Made by a program: the position numbers and the translations under genes. Shown in pieces: positions 51,180 to 61,358 of a stretch of DNA of 64,000 nucleotides (positions within the stretch are counted from its first letter, which is position 1; each line of letters begins with the position of its first letter). The DNA lies in the NCBI GenBank assembly GCA_976226885.1, contig OZ320313.1, positions 7,688,001 through 7,752,000 of the forward strand. The letters run 5' to 3'. Under the pieces are notes generated by a model. The model made no database searches. It worked only from the letters and a program-made list of their open reading frames with translations, and was not told where the DNA came from. Origin of the DNA: Iphione sp. A-MEVVRFRX5. Its lineage: Eukaryota.

Positions 51180-51462
51180 CGCACGACGTCGCGGATCCAC
51201 ACCTTCATCTGAGGAGCCGGACGAGCCGGGACTGGTGCCGGAGACAGCAACCGCGAGGACCCCGCAAGACAAGAAAAGGTCAGTGACATTCACTTCTCCC
51301 TTGTCAGTTCCCTATACATGCATTGTGTAAGGTAGGGCTGAACTTGAGGAATCACCAGAGTTACTTTTGAGACCAATTACTAAATTTCATTTAATTCTTC
51401 CACTTCCTCCCCCCACCTTCCTTTATTCCCCAACCCCAATTCCAAAAAGGTACGCACTAATC

Positions 51463-52347
51463 ATGGCCGAACGTGCATTCGAGATAATGACCGAACACTT
51501 CCAGGGCCTTTCTCTGGACTTTAGAGTCCAGACACTGGCCGCCCACATTAGACCCTTCAATGGGGAGGGTCAGAAAGGTTTCCGAAATTGGCTAAAAGAC
51601 CTGGAGGGGGCTAGGCTCTCTCTGGGTAATGATCTGGTGAGGACCCATACCTTAGTTCTAACTACCCTGAAGGGCACAGCGCACGATTATGCGTTGCGTG
51701 CCCTGCGCACCAACAACGATATGACATGGGAAGAGCTCCGAGCTACCATGCTGGAGCGCTTCTCTGATTTGGGTGACCGGCAGTATGCCGAACAAAAGCT
51801 TAGAACATTGAAACAGCAAGGTGGCGAGGGGGTGGAGGCCTTCGCGGAACGCATCCGTGAAATGGCCGAGGAGGCCTACACCACTGACTTACAGAACGCT
51901 GTAGTGCAGAGAGAGCTGCGCAACGTATTCATTGATGGACTGAAAGACGGACACATAGCAAAGAGAATAATCAGGGCCCGACCAGACACCTTGGCTGGGG
52001 CTGTAGACATAGCCAAGGAAGAACAGTTGACGAACAAAACATTTAACCTGCGAAGAAAGGAGGAGCCGATGGAGGTTAACTCCACGCAGGTGGCACAGGC
52101 AAAAGGTGAGGAGAGGATTTCCAAGCTAGAAGCCTCTATCACTACCCTAGCAGACATGCTGGGGGAGGTGTTGTCGGTGCAGCGCCAGGCACCCCTCCGG
52201 CAGAACTCTGCCAGGCCTAAAAATGACAAGCGGCAGTGGACGCCGGATGGCCGTCCCATCTGCCTCTATTGTAGTAAGGCAGGCCATGTGAAAAAGGACT
52301 GCCGGAAACTAAAGGCCGACATGGCCGCGTCCCGTAAGGGAAACTAG
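51463..52347 (+). CDS. gag: Gag
   Basis: ATG in atcATGG context; capsid-like region (LKQQGGEGVEAFAERIRE); CCHC knuckle CLYCSKAGHVKKDC. Confidence 0.93.
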   Translation: MAERAFEIMTEHFQGLSLDFRVQTLAAHIRPFNGEGQKGFRNWLKDLEGARLSLGNDLVRTHTLVLTTLKGTAHDYALRALRTNNDMTWEELRATMLERFSDLGDRQYAEQKLRTLKQQGGEGVEAFAERIREMAEEAYTTDLQNAVVQRELRNVFIDGLKDGHIAKRIIRARPDTLAGAVDIAKEEQLTNKTFNLRRKEEPMEVNSTQVAQAKGEERISKLEASITTLADMLGEVLSVQRQAPLRQNSARPKNDKRQWTPDGRPICLYCSKAGHVKKDCRKLKADMAASRKGN

Positions 52348-52406
52348 AAAGCTCTGACTCTACCGGGATGATAGAGTCCGCAGAGCGCTTGAACAATAGT
52401 CGTCCC
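52338..52406 (+). other. Programmed -1 ribosomal frameshift signal (G GGA AAC plus predicted pseudoknot)
   Basis: X XXY YYZ heptamer at 52338-52344 directly before the gag TAG; pol is in the -1 frame; paired stems start 6 nt downstream. Confidence 0.85.
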
Positions 52407-55400
52407 AGCCCTGTCTGTATTTTAGGAATAGGATCGAAACTCACTAATACACCGGCGTTGGTTGATTCGGGTGCTGATAGATCTATACTGTCCTTCTCCT
52501 TTTTCAATAGCATCCCAGACGAGTATGTAAAATCTTTTGTCCCCGAGGGTGAGTCCCTCGCAGGTGTTACGGGACACAGTTTGCAAGTTAAGGGTACGGC
52601 CATTATCGAATTCAAAATTGAGAATCAAGGATACAAACATCAATTTGTCATAGTTGACGGTGTCAACAGACCTGCTCTGTTAGGGAGTGATTTTCTGGAT
52701 GCAAATAATGCCATTTTGGACTATTCGAACTACACATTGGCCATAAACGGGTGTGTGGTAATGCTCAAACGAAAAGGGGACGCTCACAGGACCCGCGCAC
52801 TTGTGCAAATAAACGAGGCGGTCTGTGTTGCCCCCCAGAGTGTTACCACTGTTGAGGCTGTGGCAGACGTATCTCATGACCCTGGGGATTATGTTGTCAT
52901 CCCCCTAGATAATGCCCCCGTGCTTAATGATCAGCCAGGCCTCATGATACCAAACACCCTGGTAAGTGTGACTGATGAACAGTCACATGTGCCCTTAACC
53001 ATAATAAACACCACTGGTAAGGAATTCACTTTCAAGAAGGGGAACGTACTGGCACTCGTTGAGAAGGCACAGGCCAGTGAGGTGGCCGAGGTCAGTGCGG
53101 ACAGTTCCCTGGATGGTGATTATCAAAACATGCCACCCCCATTTTGTGACGGTATTTCCACCCTCCAACAGCAACAATTTTCAGATTTGCTAGACGAGTA
53201 CCCAAACCTCTTTGCTGCTTCTGACAAAGAGTTGGGGAGGACGAGTCTGGTAAAAATGACAATTAATACTAATGGACACCCCCCAATCAGCCAACGCCCA
53301 TACCGAAATCCTTTGTCAAAGAGGATTGCAATAGACGAACACGTGAACGAAATGCTGGATGCCAAGGTCATCCGGTCCTCCTCCAGCCCTTGGGCTAGCC
53401 CTCTGGTAACGGTACCAAAGAAGGATGGCACTACCCGCTTTTGTGTAGATTACCGAAAACTCAATCATGTTACAGTTAAAAATTCCTATCCACTTCCAAA
53501 TATTGATGACATCTTCACCCATTTGGGGAAAGCAAAATTTTACAGTTGTCTTGACCTGAAGTCTGGATATTGGCAGATAGAGGTTGCGGAGACGGACAAA
53601 CCGAAAACGGCTTTTGTCTGTCATCGTGGCCTGTTTGAGTTCAATGTCATGCCTTTTGGTCTGACAACTGCACCTGCAATTTTCCAAGAATTAATGAACA
53701 AAGTCCTTGCAGGCATTCAAAACAGCTATGCCATAGCTTATTTGGATGATGTCATCATCTTTTCGGAAACTTTTGAGGCTCACTTGAAGCACTTAAAAGA
53801 TGTTTTTGAGCGACTACAGAAAGCGGGCCTGAAACTGAAAAAGACAAAGTGCGAGTTCCTGAAAAGGGAGGTCCACTACCTTGGTCACATCATTTCGGCC
53901 AAGGGGATAAGACCTGACCCTGCGAAGGTATCCGTTATCAAGGGCCTACAACCACCTGTGACTGTTAGGGATGTGCGCGCCTTCATAGGCATGACGAACT
54001 TCTATCGTAAGTTCATCCATGACTATGCGGAAATCGCAAAACCCCTGACAGCTCTAACACGAGCCCATGCAAGGTTCTGTTGGGGACCTGAACAACAAGC
54101 TGCATTCGAAATGCTAAAAGATAAGCTAATGCAAGCACCGGTGCTCGCATACGCTGACCCTTCTCTCTCCTACAACCTCTATACAGATGCGAGTGACCAA
54201 GCTGTAGGAGCGGTCCTAACTCAGGAATTCCCATCTGGGGAGAGGGTCATTCAGTATGTCTCACACAAGTTAAAGGATGGCCCACGCAAGTGGCCCATCA
54301 TTGAACGTGAGGCATATGCCATTGTGTATGCGATCGCCAAATTACGCCACTTCCTGTTGGGCGCTCAGTTTACGGTTTACACAGATCACAAACCACTGCG
54401 TACACTGTTCACCTCGGAGATGCGCAATACGCGTGTCCAGAGGTGGGCAATTCTTATCAGCGAGTATGGATGTGACATCCAATATACCCCTGGCAAGAAA
54501 AATGTGTGCGCCGACATGATGTCTCGAGCCCCGCCAGGTAGTTGGTCAAACGATGACCTTGTCCAACCAGAAGTCGACGTCCTCGATAGCGACGAGTTAA
54601 TGCCACGAACTAATGACAATATCGAGGATGGCGATTCAGAGTCAGACCCCGAGAGTGATAGCCTTGACCCTTCGATCCTATGTGATATCGGTAAACTACA
54701 GAGAAATGATGAACAGATCGGTCCCATTTATCGACAACTAGAAAGGGGAGACAAATCTGATAATTATACATTTGATGATGGGATCCTCTACCACATATCA
54801 ACGCCTGTCCGTCATGACCCCCATCCCCGCCTCCAACTTGTCATCCCTGTGAAAATTAGAACCACGGTGCTACACACATACCACGATGAGTCTGGTCACA
54901 TGGGTGTCGATAAGACATATGATAAAATCCGTGTTCGATACTTCTGGAACAATATGTATAAGGATGTCATCGAACACATTCAACGATGTCAGCCTTGTGC
55001 AATGAGAAAGATCAAAAAGAAGGCTGTCGCCATGCAGGACATGCCAATGCCAAAATTCCCTTTTGAGATTGTTGGCATTGACACTTGTGGGCCATATTCC
55101 ACAAGTGATGGCGAAAACCGCTATATCCTTACCATCGTTGATCACTTCAGCGGGTGGCCAGAGGCCTACCCAATGAAGGACAAATCTGCATTGTCTGTTG
55201 CGAAAATGCTCTGTAATGAGTTCCTCCCCAGACATACTTGTCCGAGGATCATTCTGTCCGACCAAGGCACTGAGTTTTGTAATGATGTTATTGCATCTCT
55301 ATCCAAAGAAATGAATATTAGCCGTGTGCGAACAGCACCCTATCATCCCCAAACTAACGGGAAAACAGAGCGCTTCCATCGCGTCTTAAATGACATCATA

Positions 55401-55643
55401 GCCAAACTCATTAAGCCCGACCATTCTAACTGGGATGAGTGCATCCCCAGTGCACTCATGGCCTATCGGACGAGCATTAATGACACCACCAACTATACGC
55501 CCTTCTTCCTGGTCTATGGAAGAGATCCTGTCCTCCCAATGGACACCCTCCTCTGTCCTAAGTACAGGTACATGGGAGAGGACTATGTACCAACCATGTT
55601 GCAAAGACTGCATGCAGCTTACACCCATGTATTTTGTATTTAA
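52368..55643 (+). CDS. pol: Pol, N-terminal part: protease, RT, RNase H, integrase zinc finger and DDE core; interrupted after 55630
   Basis: LVDSGAD; YLDD; TDAS; H-x4-H...C-x2-C; DTCGP / SDQG / ERFHR. The last residues (FCI*) derive from the nested LINE. Confidence 0.97.
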   Translation: MIESAERLNNSRPSPVCILGIGSKLTNTPALVDSGADRSILSFSFFNSIPDEYVKSFVPEGESLAGVTGHSLQVKGTAIIEFKIENQGYKHQFVIVDGVNRPALLGSDFLDANNAILDYSNYTLAINGCVVMLKRKGDAHRTRALVQINEAVCVAPQSVTTVEAVADVSHDPGDYVVIPLDNAPVLNDQPGLMIPNTLVSVTDEQSHVPLTIINTTGKEFTFKKGNVLALVEKAQASEVAEVSADSSLDGDYQNMPPPFCDGISTLQQQQFSDLLDEYPNLFAASDKELGRTSLVKMTINTNGHPPISQRPYRNPLSKRIAIDEHVNEMLDAKVIRSSSSPWASPLVTVPKKDGTTRFCVDYRKLNHVTVKNSYPLPNIDDIFTHLGKAKFYSCLDLKSGYWQIEVAETDKPKTAFVCHRGLFEFNVMPFGLTTAPAIFQELMNKVLAGIQNSYAIAYLDDVIIFSETFEAHLKHLKDVFERLQKAGLKLKKTKCEFLKREVHYLGHIISAKGIRPDPAKVSVIKGLQPPVTVRDVRAFIGMTNFYRKFIHDYAEIAKPLTALTRAHARFCWGPEQQAAFEMLKDKLMQAPVLAYADPSLSYNLYTDASDQAVGAVLTQEFPSGERVIQYVSHKLKDGPRKWPIIEREAYAIVYAIAKLRHFLLGAQFTVYTDHKPLRTLFTSEMRNTRVQRWAILISEYGCDIQYTPGKKNVCADMMSRAPPGSWSNDDLVQPEVDVLDSDELMPRTNDNIEDGDSESDPESDSLDPSILCDIGKLQRNDEQIGPIYRQLERGDKSDNYTFDDGILYHISTPVRHDPHPRLQLVIPVKIRTTVLHTYHDESGHMGVDKTYDKIRVRYFWNNMYKDVIEHIQRCQPCAMRKIKKKAVAMQDMPMPKFPFEIVGIDTCGPYSTSDGENRYILTIVDHFSGWPEAYPMKDKSALSVAKMLCNEFLPRHTCPRIILSDQGTEFCNDVIASLSKEMNISRVRTAPYHPQTNGKTERFHRVLNDIIAKLIKPDHSNWDECIPSALMAYRTSINDTTNYTPFFLVYGRDPVLPMDTLLCPKYRYMGEDYVPTMLQRLHAAYTHVFCI

Positions 55644-56228
55644 AACTTTATTTAACCTGGCTAATATCATACATTACAAAGTATTTGCTGCCAGGGAATG
55701 CATCCTTACATTGTCAATATTTCTCATCCTCTAGTAACAAGTGTTAGTAAGAAATTAATTCATTATTACATATAGTCATTTCCAGGTTAAGAAGCGAGTC
55801 TTTTTTCGGTCGGCGGGATTACAATCAACGTTATTAGCTTGGCTAGCATAGCGAGATTACTTAGGTTAGTAGTTTTTAAATTAGCTAATAAACCCAATAT
55901 TGTTTAGTAAACTAACAACCAAGAGGATCTCATCCTTCCCTCTTTCATAACCATACCGGTATTAGACAAAAACTGGCTGTTTTTGTTCTATTCAAAATTC
56001 AGGGAATTACCCTTTCCACTTCTTACGGATATGTTATATCTTCATAATACACAGGATTTCATCCTTGCCATATTTTCTTGCAATCATAGTTACCCAGTTA
56101 TTTATTAAAACAGGGACTTCGTCCCATCCTTCTGATTCAATATAGTAGGGTAGCGCCCTTGCCAGAGTATAGTCACAGGTATAAGGTATTTGACTCAGGT
56201 ACCAATATTGCTCTATTAATCAGTATAT

Positions 56229-59081
56229 TCATGGTACATAATAATTGGCAACAATGCGACGATCACGCCTTTTTCGTTTCCATAATGCTTTCATCAATGC
56301 ATAATTGTAATTTGTCTCGTTAATAGTCAATCCCAACCAAATCTCTTGGAATCTATAAATAACTGTTTGTTTTACTGCCTCCTTTGTAGGGCGTATCCAT
56401 GGTATAGTTCTACGCAGGCTACCACGAGTCCGTACCCCTTCACCAATTACATCACCGCCCGTTTCTACATTGGAGATTAAATTTAAATAACCTAACCGTA
56501 GTATCGTTGAATCTCTACTGGCCAACATTTCCAGATATATTTTGTCCCTATTAGGTACATTGTTTGGCCAAAAACAAGCTCTATAAATTCTACGTCTCAG
56601 GCTAATTAACTTATTAAACACACGTGATTTATCATTTATAAAGAGAAAACTCCCGTACTCAAGTAATGGGAGTATCATCGTTCTGGCAATTTTTAAGGAG
56701 AGGTAACGAGTCATCAGTGGGCGAATTGCCCTGAAATGTTTCAGTCTCGAATAACCCTTCCCTAAAAGCTCATTAATATGCTGATCCCACTTCAGGGTCG
56801 AGGTTAATGTGACCCCGAGATATTTAAAATGTTTCACTTGAGTTATCACCTCATTTGCAAGATTCACATCTATCGTAACATTTGTTGGCCTGAAATTAAA
56901 AACCATTACTTTTGTTTTTGGCACACTTATTAATATCCGATTCATATTAGACCATTCAGATATAGAATCCAAATCAGACTGAAGCTTGGTACTAACATCT
57001 TGCCATGTTTTACCTTTGGTTATAATGGCAACGTCGTCTGCGTACAGTAAGCAATTCGATTCCTTAAGTACCAGTGGGAGATCGTTAATAAATATTAGAA
57101 ACAATATCGGGCCCATAATGGACCCTTGGGGGACTCCACAAGTTAATTTACACTTTGACGAGGTAAAACCGTCAAGTTTAGTTACCTGCCACCTATTACA
57201 AAGATATGCCTTCATTAATGGAACTAATTCCTGCGCACCAAGCTCATTTAACTTTTCAAGTATTACCTCATGACTCACCGAGTCAAAGGCTTTGGCAAAG
57301 TCGATAAAGCAGCCAGCCACTTTATTGCCTTTGTTTAAACTATCAATTATAATGTCCATTAGTGAGAAAAGCGTGGTATCAGTACCCCTACAGGGCCTAA
57401 AACCATGTTGGCAGGGAGTAAGGAGGGAATTTTCCTCTAAGTAGTTTAATAATCTAGAGTATATTACTTTCTCCATGACTTTAACAGGAAAAATTAACTG
57501 GCTTATCGGTCTGTAGTTAGACAAACAGCCTGCATCACCAGCTTTAAATAACGGAGTTACTTGGGCAGTTGTCCACGATAAAGGGAACATTTGTATTTTC
57601 ACAATATAGTTACATAAATGTAGTAACTCATGAAGTGAGTGCAGATAAATTTCCTTAACTATCCACGATGGTATATCTGTCAATAAACTGGCCTTATTTA
57701 CCTTCATAGCAGCAACTGCATCATACACTTCACTAGCTCTAAACGGAGGCCAGGTCAAGCGCACTCGTACTGGATCTTTCCTCTTATATTCAACCCTCTG
57801 TAATTTTGCAGCAACTGCTTTCCCTATTCCACCAAAGTGTATATTGAATTTTTCAGATAATTCCTTACTTGTATAATATTCCCCTGATTCGTTTTTAATT
57901 CGTATCTTTGTTTTTTGCTTACCAAACCCAAATTCCTGCTTTATTTTCCTCCAGAATTTATTTGAATCATTCTTTTGCTTTTCTAACTCTCGTGCAATAT
58001 ACTCTCGTTTTGAGCTTAATGTTTCTCTTCTGACTCGATATTTAAGCATTTTCATTTGCAGTTTATCCTCAGGTTTACCACTGTTACGAAACTGCTTTAC
58101 TGCTCGGTGTTTTAATCTTATAAGATCTAATAACTGGCCATTAATCCATGCCGGATAGTAATTTCTAACTTTGTTAGTTTTTGTCGAGACATTTTGGTTT
58201 ACTGCTCTTAGTATGTTATTCAACATAATCAACCATTTCATATCTACACACTCTTCCAGGTAATAATCATCCCAGTCAGAGACTAGAATATCTCTTGTTA
58301 GCTTGTCTATATCAACGTTTTTAAAATCACGGTATGTATAACTACTTGGTATCGGTACCGATCGACTATTTGTTTTGACTACTACCTCTATAAGATTATG
58401 GTCGCTTATAGCACAGTCTATCACATTTGCAGATACTCTATCCAATATAGTTGTTAAACATAAATCAATAATACTACTACATGAAGACGTTACCCTTGTT
58501 GACGCTTTAACCACTTGTTCCATATAGTTTTCTCTGCAGAATTCATGAAGCCTTCCCTTTGGTGTACTATATTTCGACCAATCTATGTTTAAATCTCCCA
58601 AGAAAATGTAATCTACTCTTTTTCGGTCATCCCTTGATAATTCTACAGTTTTCGTTAACATATCAATAAATTTCGATATTTTACCTTTTGGAGGTCGGTA
58701 GATGCCACTCATTATCACCTTATACCCACATTTTTCTTTAAATACAAAACTCATAATTTCAATATCATTGTCAGAGGCCCATAGCGTATGTAGTGGTCTC
58801 AGTAGGTCAGAGATACAGTTTCTTACCAGTAACATCACACCACCACCTCTTCCAATGGATCTATCATTCCGATAAGTTACATACCCCTGATAGTGAGTAA
58901 ATGATTCAGGAATATCCGAGCATAACCAAGTCTCAGTAACAAAAAGCATATCAGGCTGTAATCGTTGTAACAATATTTCAAATTCCACCGACTTACCTAT
59001 GAGACTCCTTATATTCAGGTGATAAATCACTATGCCTACCATCGCCTTTCTGTCAGGGTCCATTTTTCCACTGCAATTCAT
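56229..59081 (-). CDS. LINE B ORF2: APE endonuclease + reverse transcriptase (start ATG at 59081, 59063 or 59042)
   Basis: HLNIRSL, VTETWL, YRPP, LGDLN, IDLC, SDH; NYRPIS, QHGFR, DFAKAFD, GVPQGSIMGP, YADD, ILPLLEYGS. Intact ORF. Confidence 0.96.
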   Translation of the reverse strand: MNCSGKMDPDRKAMVGIVIYHLNIRSLIGKSVEFEILLQRLQPDMLFVTETWLCSDIPESFTHYQGYVTYRNDRSIGRGGGVMLLVRNCISDLLRPLHTLWASDNDIEIMSFVFKEKCGYKVIMSGIYRPPKGKISKFIDMLTKTVELSRDDRKRVDYIFLGDLNIDWSKYSTPKGRLHEFCRENYMEQVVKASTRVTSSCSSIIDLCLTTILDRVSANVIDCAISDHNLIEVVVKTNSRSVPIPSSYTYRDFKNVDIDKLTRDILVSDWDDYYLEECVDMKWLIMLNNILRAVNQNVSTKTNKVRNYYPAWINGQLLDLIRLKHRAVKQFRNSGKPEDKLQMKMLKYRVRRETLSSKREYIARELEKQKNDSNKFWRKIKQEFGFGKQKTKIRIKNESGEYYTSKELSEKFNIHFGGIGKAVAAKLQRVEYKRKDPVRVRLTWPPFRASEVYDAVAAMKVNKASLLTDIPSWIVKEIYLHSLHELLHLCNYIVKIQMFPLSWTTAQVTPLFKAGDAGCLSNYRPISQLIFPVKVMEKVIYSRLLNYLEENSLLTPCQHGFRPCRGTDTTLFSLMDIIIDSLNKGNKVAGCFIDFAKAFDSVSHEVILEKLNELGAQELVPLMKAYLCNRWQVTKLDGFTSSKCKLTCGVPQGSIMGPILFLIFINDLPLVLKESNCLLYADDVAIITKGKTWQDVSTKLQSDLDSISEWSNMNRILISVPKTKVMVFNFRPTNVTIDVNLANEVITQVKHFKYLGVTLTSTLKWDQHINELLGKGYSRLKHFRAIRPLMTRYLSLKIARTMILPLLEYGSFLFINDKSRVFNKLISLRRRIYRACFWPNNVPNRDKIYLEMLASRDSTILRLGYLNLISNVETGGDVIGEGVRTRGSLRRTIPWIRPTKEAVKQTVIYRFQEIWLGLTINETNYNYALMKALWKRKRRDRRIVANYYVP

Positions 59082-59852
59082 TCAACACACTCCACACCGA
59101 CCTAGAAATACGACTCGCAAAAACAATGGTTAGTAAAGTATATTGACAAACATGAAAAAACAACATTTTAAACATCTAACTAATATAATCAAAATCTTAA
59201 ATGTGGCTGGCATATGTGTACCGCCCCCGCTTTGATTACAGGTATCATTTTTACTCTATCACACACTGATTAAGGTCTATCAAAAATGATAAAACCACCA
59301 ACAACGACAAGTATTAAATACCTTTTGTTGCCAGAACATAATTACAGGACTACCAAGTTTTCAGAGTAACAAATTCTTTTATCAATCAAGATCAGTACAC
59401 CTATTAAAATAGGTTATAGGTATAGTATATACGTACATAATATGAGAGAAATTGGAAAGTGTAGAGTGCTACGCACTGGCCATTTTAAACAAATATTCAT
59501 ACAATATAGAACTTATTTAACTAAATTCTACAAACCTAATGTCAGTAGGTTAAACAGGAGGATAAATATTTCGCATATATTTAACTCCATTGGAAAAGAG
59601 TTACAGTAGTACGGGCAGACGTAACCATTGTACAATTTTAAATACTAGTATAGTCAAAATAGTAATATTTGATAACAGTAATAACAACAACAATAAGTGC
59701 TACGCACTGTCCAAGGTCAGAATCGCTCAAATTAGTGTAGTTTGTGATGTAGGTTGAGTGGGCATTCTAAGGAGCTTAGCATTACTATACAAACCATGTT
59801 GTATCAGTCAATATCATAGACAATCATTCATATCATAGACAAGCAGCTCTCA

Positions 59853-60317
59853 TTAAAATTCACCATATATCAGTTTCAGTAAGGCTTGAATTATTTTGTT
59901 GACAAGAACGACCTTCCAATATGCACTCAAGTGACAACCATCAGTATATCGCACATAACGGTGTCGCCAGTGCCGGTTATTTCGTGAATGGATAACCGCA
60001 CTTGTCCACGGGGTTGGTGTTCCCTGAGACCTATTCAACACCATTATTTGTTGATTCAGTCTTACTACAGTAGACGTCAGCATTGACTGTATCATTCTGG
60101 TTGAACGTGTCCCTGAGTTAAATCCATTCAAGTGAAAATTGTATCGTTCAAAGTCAATACCAAACACGGTACAAAACATCACAGTAGTGTATGGTAGCCT
60201 TACTTGAATTGCAGCCCTAGCCGCCCACATCAGATAGATTGTTTCTTCAACTGCCTCCGTATCCGTACGATACCTGGGCACCAGGTATCTGCGAGAAACA
60301 CCGTCGTCGTCACTCAT
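59853..60317 (-). CDS. LINE B ORF1, C-terminal part of an SGNH esterase-like protein (frame open to the element 5' end)
   Basis: VMFCTVFGIDFERYN ... GTPTPW ... YTDGCHLS..W, with the DxxH block intact; N-terminal blocks are missing, consistent with 5' truncation. Confidence 0.75.
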   Translation of the reverse strand: MSDDDGVSRRYLVPRYRTDTEAVEETIYLMWAARAAIQVRLPYTTVMFCTVFGIDFERYNFHLNGFNSGTRSTRMIQSMLTSTVVRLNQQIMVLNRSQGTPTPWTSAVIHSRNNRHWRHRYVRYTDGCHLSAYWKVVLVNKIIQALLKLIYGEF

Positions 60318-60330
60318 ACGTATTATTCAT

Positions 60331-61182
60331 GTGAAGGACAATGTCACTGAAGCCCGTGAAAGAAATAAGGAATACATTGCCCGACGTGCCGAATCCCATG
60401 AGTACAAGGCTGGTGACGCCGTGTACTACCGGGACAAGACCTATGTCCCGGGCACGTCAACGAAATTCCAGTCACCATGGAAACCCTATTACCGCATCGT
60501 GGAAGTTGTCTCTCCAGTCAACGTCCGCATAAGAAACCAAGTAACTGGTAACATCAAGTTGGTCAATGTTGCTGACATTTACCTGGCCCACCCAGAAGTG
60601 AGCTGGGACACGGTAAGGTCAGAACCTAAACATATTGGCCACAAGGCCTTGGTGGACCGCCCCACCGAGGCGCCCGAACGGGTACAGCCGATGCGAAATG
60701 CAAAACTGATAACACAACGCGATGAAACACAAAATGAACCACCGAGTGGTGGATGGCAACTCTCCAGTGCCTATCCGGGGCACTTCGCCAATCTCCGCTC
60801 CCATGAATTACCTCCCCCGGGGCCGTTGGCGGACGAACCCGGGGATGGTAATCCTCAGGCCCCAGACTGGCAGGTGGGCGAGGGGGACGCCCCGAACCCA
60901 CAGCCCGGTACTTCTACAGCACGACATGGGTATAACCTGAGGCCGCGGCCCCCGGGCCCAAGTTTTGAGCACACTAGCCGTGCTCTCAAGCGTAAGTCGC
61001 CTGAGACAGATGCGAGCTTTCCGTCTGCGAAGCTCCATCGGTTAGAGGACTCGGAATTAATGGAACATGATGGAGGAGACCTCCTTGCCATTGATTCTGA
61101 AGCTCAGGAGGATCGGGTGAGTCCCCCGATCCCATGGTGGAAGGAAATCTTCTCATATATCGTAGATGGTATATATGGATAA
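60331..61182 (+). CDS. pol: Pol, C-terminal part: integrase GPY/F-like domain and long disordered tail
   Basis: YKAGDAVYY...KFQSPWKPYYRIVEVVSPVNVRI; in frame with the N-terminal part across the TSD. Confidence 0.92.
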   Translation: MKDNVTEARERNKEYIARRAESHEYKAGDAVYYRDKTYVPGTSTKFQSPWKPYYRIVEVVSPVNVRIRNQVTGNIKLVNVADIYLAHPEVSWDTVRSEPKHIGHKALVDRPTEAPERVQPMRNAKLITQRDETQNEPPSGGWQLSSAYPGHFANLRSHELPPPGPLADEPGDGNPQAPDWQVGEGDAPNPQPGTSTARHGYNLRPRPPGPSFEHTSRALKRKSPETDASFPSAKLHRLEDSELMEHDGGDLLAIDSEAQEDRVSPPIPWWKEIFSYIVDGIYG

Positions 61183-61324
61183 GTTATCCGTGCTATGTAG
61201 CTTCTAGAATTAACCATTGAACCTGTATGGTAGGTCTGGCCCATGTTCTTCCCCACTCTTATTTCTGATCTAATCTGTCCTTCTCTCCTACGTATTCATT
61301 CTGTGCATTCTTCCTCTATAACCT

Positions 61325-61355
61325 TTCCTCATCTCATCCTTTCTCTTTCTTACAG
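61325..61355 (+). promoter_or_regulatory. Splice acceptor for a subgenomic env mRNA
   Basis: Long pyrimidine tract ttcctcatctcatcctttctctttcttacAG ending 3 nt before the env ATG. Confidence 0.7.
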
Positions 61356-61358
61356 ATC

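Larger units (their letters stand above)
55631..60327 (-). mobile_element. Non-LTR retrotransposon B (CR1 group), 5'-truncated in ORF1, nested in the integrase
   Basis: Flanked by TSD CATGT (55626-55630 and 60328-60332); removing it restores in-frame AYTHVKDN; minus-strand AATAAA at 55647-55652 and an AAATAC-type tail. Confidence 0.95.

Noticed and set aside
51876-55734. Short ORFs antisense to or overlapping gag and pol
   Set aside because: Shadow frames of the long coding ORFs with no independent features.
56030-56228. Possible ORF downstream of LINE B ORF2
   Set aside because: The AUGA-overlapping ORF is only 19 codons, and the ~60-codon open stretch in the RT frame lacks an early ATG; no similarity to LINE A ORF3.
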